Positions 57,519 to 64,000 of a DNA stretch of 64,000 nucleotides are shown in pieces; the first letter of the stretch is position 1, and the number at the start of each line of letters is the position of its first letter. Both the position numbers and the translations under genes were made by a program. The notes under the pieces were generated by a model that saw nothing but the letters and a program-made list of their open reading frames with translations, had not been told where the DNA came from and made no database searches. The stretch spans positions 744,001 to 808,000 of the forward strand of contig BCKZ01000004.1 of NCBI GenBank assembly GCA_001600815.1, in the 5' to 3' direction. The stretch is from Alloascoidea hylecoeti. Taxonomy: Eukaryota.

Positions 57519-59393
57519 ATGATAGATTTATCCTATTTATTTATCTTCCTATTTCTTTTTACGGGAACTCGGGCTTTTTATCTGCCTGGTGTGGCACCAA
57601 CAGATTACTCACCAGAACAGAATGTGCCACTTTTGGTTAACCATTTAACCCCATCAAGACATGGAGATAAAACTTATCTTTATGCTCTGGATTATTATTA
57701 TGATAAATTCCAATTTTGCAAACCCCAAAAAATTGTTAAACAAACTGAATCATTGGGTTCTGCTTTATTTGGTGATAGGATATTTAATTCTCCATTTGAG
57801 ATACGGATGCTGAAAAATGAATCTTGTAAGAGTCTATGTAATTCAAAATACTCAAAAGCAGATGCAAGATTCATCAATAGGAACATTCGTCGTGGCTATA
57901 CCCATAATTGGGTTATTGATGGTTTGCCTGCTGCAACATCTTTTAAAGATGAAAGAACAAATAGCATTTTTTACGGACCGGGGTTTGGTTTAGGAGATAT
58001 TGATAATAAAGGGACAACGCATATAAATAACCATTACGATATTATTGTTGAGTATCATGTAACTCCAAAGGGAAAGAATAGAGTCGTTGGTGTTCTTATT
58101 GAGCCGTCATCAAGATTACAATCAATAGGAGAAGATGGAAATTTGCAATGTAATCCTAATGCTGATGCTATTACTTTGTCAATGGATGACGAAGATGATC
58201 CAAATAACAATGTTTTGTTTTCTTATAGTGTATCATTTGTTCCATCTAAAACTGCTTGGGCTACTCGATGGGATAAATATTTACATGTCTATGATCCTAA
58301 AATTCAATGGATCTCTCTAATAAATTTTACAATAATTATTATCTTTTTGGCCGGTATCATGGTAAATATTCTTATTAGAGCATTAAGGAGGGATTTAGTT
58401 AGGTATAATGAAGTCGATTTAGATGAAGAAGTCCAAGATGATGGTGGTTGGAAACTGGTTCATGGTGATGTGTTTAGGGCTCCTCAACATAGCCTCTTAT
58501 TATCCGTGTTTATTGGTAGTGGATTTCAACTTCTATTAATGTGTATTGTTGCTATTATATTCGCATTATTGGGACTTTTATCTCCATCAAACAGGGGTTC
58601 ATTAGGTACTGCAATTGTGCTTTTATATGCATTTTTTGGAATTGCTGGTGGTTTCTTATCAGCATATGTTTATAAATTTTTTGGTGGTGACAAATGGAAA
58701 TTAAATGCTTTATTAACACCATTACTTGTACCATCCATTATGTTTTTTGTTTTTCTAAGTCTCAATTTCTTTTTGATATTTGCAAAATCATCTGGCGCTG
58801 TACCTATTGGTACTATGTTTGCAGTTGTATTTATTTGGTTTTTAATTTCAATTCCATTATCATTAATTGGTTCTTTTATTGGTTGGAAAAAACAATTACC
58901 TGAAAATCCAGTTCGTACAAATCAAATACCAAGGCAAATTCCTGTCCAACCATTTTATTTAAAATTCATTCCAACTACTTTAGTTGCTGGTATTTTTCCA
59001 TTTGGTGCAATGGTTGTTGAATTATACTTCATATTTAATTCAATCTGGTTTCAAAAGATTTATTATATGTTTGGTTTCTTATTTATTTGCTTTATTTTAA
59101 TGATACTTGCAACTGCTATAGTTACAGTTTTGATGAGTTATTACATACTGTGTGCTGAAAATTATCATTGGCAATGGAGAAGTTTCTTAATTGCCGGTGG
59201 TTGTGCATTATATGTTTTCATAGATTCATTATGTTTGGTTGGATTTAGTGTTAGTGGGTTTACAAGTATTGTGCTACTATTTGGATACAGCTTAATGATA
59301 AGTTTTGCGGTGTTTATACTTTGTGGCACAATTGGTTTTATTAGTACCTGGGTATTCGTCCGAAAAATCTATGGTGCTCTTAAAGTTGATTAA
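57519..59393 (+). CDS. EMP70: TM9/nonaspanin family protein (Emp70/Tmn2)
   Basis: AFYLPGVAPTDY, ESLGSALFGDRIFNSPF, WATRWDKYL, GWKLVHGDVFR, PVRTNQIPRQIP, CAENYHWQW and IYGALKVD. ATG at 57519. Confidence 0.95.
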   Translation: MIDLSYLFIFLFLFTGTRAFYLPGVAPTDYSPEQNVPLLVNHLTPSRHGDKTYLYALDYYYDKFQFCKPQKIVKQTESLGSALFGDRIFNSPFEIRMLKNESCKSLCNSKYSKADARFINRNIRRGYTHNWVIDGLPAATSFKDERTNSIFYGPGFGLGDIDNKGTTHINNHYDIIVEYHVTPKGKNRVVGVLIEPSSRLQSIGEDGNLQCNPNADAITLSMDDEDDPNNNVLFSYSVSFVPSKTAWATRWDKYLHVYDPKIQWISLINFTIIIIFLAGIMVNILIRALRRDLVRYNEVDLDEEVQDDGGWKLVHGDVFRAPQHSLLLSVFIGSGFQLLLMCIVAIIFALLGLLSPSNRGSLGTAIVLLYAFFGIAGGFLSAYVYKFFGGDKWKLNALLTPLLVPSIMFFVFLSLNFFLIFAKSSGAVPIGTMFAVVFIWFLISIPLSLIGSFIGWKKQLPENPVRTNQIPRQIPVQPFYLKFIPTTLVAGIFPFGAMVVELYFIFNSIWFQKIYYMFGFLFICFILMILATAIVTVLMSYYILCAENYHWQWRSFLIAGGCALYVFIDSLCLVGFSVSGFTSIVLLFGYSLMISFAVFILCGTIGFISTWVFVRKIYGALKVD

Positions 59394-61470
59394 TTTGTTT
59401 TATATCAAACTAAATTATGCAATCACCAAACAAAATATATTTATGAAGGAAAATTTTGATCATCATTTTGTTTACTGGTTAGAAAGACTTAGCACGAAGA
59501 GACCATAGTATTATAGCATATGAAGAGAAGAAGAAAATTAAATTAGTCCTGCTCTGTTAGAAGCGTAAGGTTCAAGTGTTCTAACATGTTCATATGACAC
59601 AAAATATATAGAATCCTTATATAATAGTCCAACCATATATTGATGTAGAAGACAAATTGTTCAAAAAATGTCCCTTCTTATGCGTAAAATGGCCACGGCC
59701 AATAATGGCTGAGGGATTCCGAAGTGCTCTTATCTTGGCTCAGTAGAACCGAATAACATGACTCTTAGGAGAGCAGGAAACACATCTCGTTCAAGAACTT
59801 GTTCACTTTAGAGTCGTAACCACAGTTTAGTACGTATACCCAGAAGAAAGCCACCATCACTAGCTTAGAGCAAGAAATAGGGACGGCCTTCCACTTCTTG
59901 AATTCGAAAATACCAACGTAAGAAATATGAGGTAACTGCCTTGGCCTTGGCCAATATTCTCTTTGGACAATCAAACACCCTCCCGTAGCGATGACACTAT
60001 GACTGCTTAGAAAAACATCCTCGCCAAATAGGACATACTTTATAAGAACAAACCGAGAGTACTGTTGATTCAAGAAACACCACATACCTTTAAATTCTTT
60101 ACCTACCATGCTATTATTCCTATCATCAAAAAGATTCAAGTCCAGAAACAACTAATCTCCAAACTATACCCATAATAAGCATAATAGGGGCCATCTTTTG
60201 AATATTGTCTTTTGCATGATATTTAATACACATCACCGATCATTAGTATCATGCGGCTGAATATTTAGTTTAAAGAGAAAGCAGCCGAAATTAGCTGGAA
60301 ATATTGCATTTTACTTTTTTATGCCGTTCTGTTCACTCACTTCTTTGCTCGTCCGAAGATGTAATCCGTGATATTTATTCCTCTGTATATTTTAAGTCTC
60401 CATACTCTGAAGGTTTACCTTAAATATCCACATGCATATTATATGAAATTTCAAGAAGTTCATCACTCGTACTTCAATTTAATGTTTAAAGATTAAAATA
60501 AAATATTAAATGCGATAATTGAAGCTGATTAACTTTGACAGTTTCACGCCAGAAAACAACCATAGTTGTAATTTATGTTAGGATAATTTTACGCGTTCGA
60601 GTATAATTTTCCAATAATATAAGGCTTATGAGGACATCACTAAGTTTACGATTGAAGATACACAGTCGTTCATACATTATTGATTGATGAAATCTTGTTT
60701 ACCTATAAGCCTTATACAGACTTAATTGGGTTTTAATTTATATTTGGATCTTACTTCTTACCAATAATATTAATGCTGAAATTAAGGTCTGATTATGAGT
60801 GATTAAATCCGTTTGAACACTTCTACTTATGGTCAAGCTATAGTCCCTAGATGAACAGCTAATGAGATTCGAAATCTAACTAGCTAGGAACCATATTAGT
60901 TATGACTGGAACCTATATAGTGAGAAATCTTTTTGCTTGTCTTGGGCTTGCTAAAAAGTTGAAATGATAATCAAAACTATCATATTGTTCGAGGTTTCTA
61001 TTCCAAAATACCAGAGGCTTGACTGTAAGAATTATATAGATTTATCCATCTTATACTATTTAGAGAATTCAGTAACCCTTTTAGGACTATATATTTATAC
61101 GCATTAAAGGTATACGAGCCGTGCGAAAATTGTGATAATTCTGGGTCTATAACTTATAATTGAGAGAAACTTTAAAACTCAACCAATTTCAAATTGATTT
61201 TATTATTATATTAAAAAAATAGCTTCAGACGGTCTTTATTTATAATTTTATGATATTTAAGTTGAATGAGTGAGACATGTAAAAGATTTAATTACGAGTG
61301 CGTACCTGCATCAAATATATTAATATTACATACTTTACCTTTTAAAGGTAATTTAACAAAATATGTAAACTTTTATTGTGCCTAAGATACATATACTAAA
61401 GTAAAACATTCATCTCTGAGAATATAGCATGCTTTTGGGTAAATGATAGTTTGAATAAACAAGAAAATTT

Positions 61471-62267
61471 TTAAACCAACTTCTTCTTCATAAAGAATCC
61501 TCTTAAATGATTCATTTGCCAGACACCAGCAACACCTAACACAACAAGCTGAAATATACTCCATTTGACTACCCTCGCATTAGTAGACTCACTTTGATTT
61601 CTGAATTGAGCTTCTCTTTCTCTCATTAGATCCTGCTCTCTCCTGATTTCAAGAACCTTGTTGTTTAATGTTCTAACCCTAATAGCAAGTTTATCCATCT
61701 TATCTTCACCTTTACTGTCGATTTCAGATCTATCTCCGATTTTAATATCTAGAGACATCTTATTTCTAGTGCTACTAAACCAACCACGAGATGTAGAACG
61801 GAAACATATTCTATGTTCACCGGAATCTAAGGCCGTAAATGTGAAATCACCCGAAGCACTGCCCCGTTGATTGACAACTAAATGGTTATTATCAAATGTT
61901 TCCTAAAAAAAAAAAGCTAGAGTTAGTTATTTCTATTTCAAAGACGATTATAATCATGTATAAGTACTTTTGAAACTTACCTCAACGGTGATTGCTAAAC
62001 CATTATCACTTGGAGAATAGCTAAATGAGTTGGTTCTAGAATCAAATTCCTCCATTCGATATTTGCCTTTATTCAATAATGTTAGTTGAGCATTCAAACT
62101 CCAATACAATAAACATCTAACATACCAACCATGAAGGTTCCCTGATTTAATTCATGATAGAAACATTTGCTTTGACCAGGTTCAATATAAAAGAAAAACG
62201 ATTCGACAGGTGTAATTTGGTATATCAATGCCGACAAAACAACTGTTAAAACAGAAAAAATCTTCAT
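61471..62267 (-). CDS. ERP1: p24/emp24/gp25L alpha-subfamily cargo receptor (Erp1/Erp5-like), 3 exons (62267-62126, 62066-61981, 61902-61471)
   Basis: Signal peptide, GOLD domain (KCFYHEL..GDFTFTALDSGEHRICF), EIRREQDLMREREAQFRNQSESTNARV, TM segment and dilysine tail FFMKKKLV. Introns GTATGT..AAG and GTAAGT..TAG keep the frame. Confidence 0.88.
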
Positions 62268-62720
62268 TTCGACAAAACCTATAAAAATTTCTCAAAATAA
62301 TATCGAGAAGTAGAAAAGAGAGTGTTTGAAGATTCGAAGGTCTGAAGATGAGAACCGGTACTGCGTTGTGAGTTTAAAGACAAGTGGCAGAATAGGCGTA
62401 CGGATGTTTGTGCCTTACAAAAAATAATGATGGCTAAAAATATTATATCATCGTTATTTATATTAATAGATATTTTACACTTTAGAAATTATGATAGCCA
62501 TACAATATTAATATTTATTTATAACATGAGAAACCTACTAGGTGGATAAAGAATAATGTATTAACAATATAAACAAAACTTCACAAATCTGGCTATAGCT
62601 TGATGAGTACCCATCTAAAGGAATTAAGATCAAACCAATACAATATAACAATGCAAAACTTGATTATACAGGGGGACATTAATACTGCCAATGAAGTTCA
62701 TTTTTAATATTATATACTGT

Positions 62721-63216
62721 TTAAGCGTTGAGGTCGTTGATGGTTAAGTTTGGTGGTAAACTTTGGACCAATTTGGAAGCCTTGTCACTGTCATTGACAA
62801 CTAAAGTATACAAATATCTGGTACCACGGATTTTAAATTTTGTTTGCTTAAAAACTTTACCATTAGCACCAATTTTGTTGTTACCTTTGATGGTGGCAGA
62901 CTTGACGTCCTTTCTGCGGGCTAATTCAACGAATTTTTTGATGTCTTTGATTTCTCTCTGAAAAATTAGGGTAATTAGCATTAAATTCTTTCGATTAATA
63001 AACTCTGAGTAAACGGCAGATAATTGTTTCAATTATCAAACAATAAAAAGTCGTTCAAATTATAGTAGGTGAAATTTATTAATTTATATGGCATTTGGCT
63101 CTCCATCCAAACCATTCTCAACAAGTTTTTAATGAATTTCTAGTCTCATGTTGAATTTAAACAATTATCTGTCATCTAGATTAAAAATTTCAAAAGTTGA
63201 TTAAACTTACGGCCAT
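62721..63216 (-). CDS. RPL38: 60S ribosomal protein eL38, 2 exons (63216-63211, 62957-62721)
   Basis: ATGGCC|GTAAGT ... TGCTAAT ... CAG|AGAGAA gives [45 protein letters not shown]. Confidence 0.95.
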
Positions 63217-64000
63217 TGTGGATATATTGTGCTGATTTATTGATAGTCAACAAGCAGTATTGTCAGATTGATTATACCTTCAAATTGCAAGTATCAGATA
63301 TTTTCACCTTCTAAGTATATCTGAGCACTCACTCTAGAAATAGAAATCGCAGTCACATGCTGTGTGGGTGTTATTAATATATTAGGGTTAAACCCTCTAA
63401 ATGTAGATCTAAATGTAAAGTTTAAATCTTAAACTATGCAATATTTTGTTAATATCGACCACTTGTGAGCCTATATGGTCGCCCACGAATGAGCAATTAT
63501 TCGTCTATATTTCAAGCTAATAATTCGACCACACGATGTAATATTAATATTATTCGATCAGTCAACTCATTTACTTGAAATATGGGCGAAAATATTGCTC
63601 AACAAGTGGCTGTTATTATATTATATGTTATCTGGTATTCTTTTTCTATTGAAATGTATAATTATAACTATATTGGCTAGTTCTAGTAGTAGCAAAATGG
63701 TATTTATGAAAATATTAATAAAAATTTATCATGATTAATTGGTTGAAAATAATTATAATATACAATGAACATGGTATTGAATACAATTACAAGAATGTAA
63801 TTAAGAAAAATAAAAAAAACATTTTAAGATGTAAAAAAAAGCATTAATTAATGAAGCATTTAACTTCTAGTTCGAGAACTAATTTTATCCTCAATTTTAT
63901 GATCTAGGAATGGTGAGATTGATGAATCAACTGAATGGGCATTTTTATGACCTCTTGTTCGTGAAGCAGCAGATTTAACTTTAGATGATTTAATACTCTT

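Noticed and set aside
60400..61100. Possible highly decayed gene
   Set aside because: Only short stop-riddled fragments with no motif I can assign.
1..64000. tRNA, rRNA, snRNA, LTR retrotransposon, CRISPR array or telomeric repeats
   Set aside because: I saw no cloverleaf or A/B-box pattern, rRNA-like sequence, paired LTRs with gag/pol motifs, or spaced direct-repeat array by eye. tRNAscan-SE and cmscan would be needed to exclude small RNAs.

Overview
AT-rich (roughly 30% GC by eye) eukaryotic DNA from a budding-yeast-like ascomycete (Saccharomycotina); CTG encodes Leu at conserved sites. I can support about 23 protein-coding genes, many with spliceosomal introns that the ORF track breaks up: FGGY kinase (5'-truncated), BOL3/AIM1, a GIS2-like CCHC protein, a 12-exon DMC1, TMS1, ARP10, an Mhy1/Seb1-type C2H2 factor, two tandem MNN4/LicD genes, a CST26-like acyltransferase, CDC14, a 4-exon MND1, VRP1, a Zn2Cys6 factor, TFS1, an ACC deaminase, HAP5, APN2, PEP1/VPS10, EMP70/TMN2, a p24 (ERP1-like) gene and RPL38. 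The most notable non-routine signals are: (i) a perfect 202-bp inverted repeat that starts at the ARP10 stop codon and encloses a decayed Tc1/mariner transposase fragment; (ii) two meiotic recombination genes (DMC1, MND1) loaded with short introns that have weak, AAG-rich splice sites, with a prion-like CCHC RNA-binding gene directly upstream of DMC1; (iii) an intronless bacterial-type ACC deaminase beside a Zn-cluster regulator; (iv) a RAX2 pseudogene at its ancestral locus and a PPR-like pseudogene; (v) at least three relics of an apparent pogo/Fot1-like family; (vi) several candidate structured RNAs. All calls come from reading the sequence and recognising motifs; no database searches were run.
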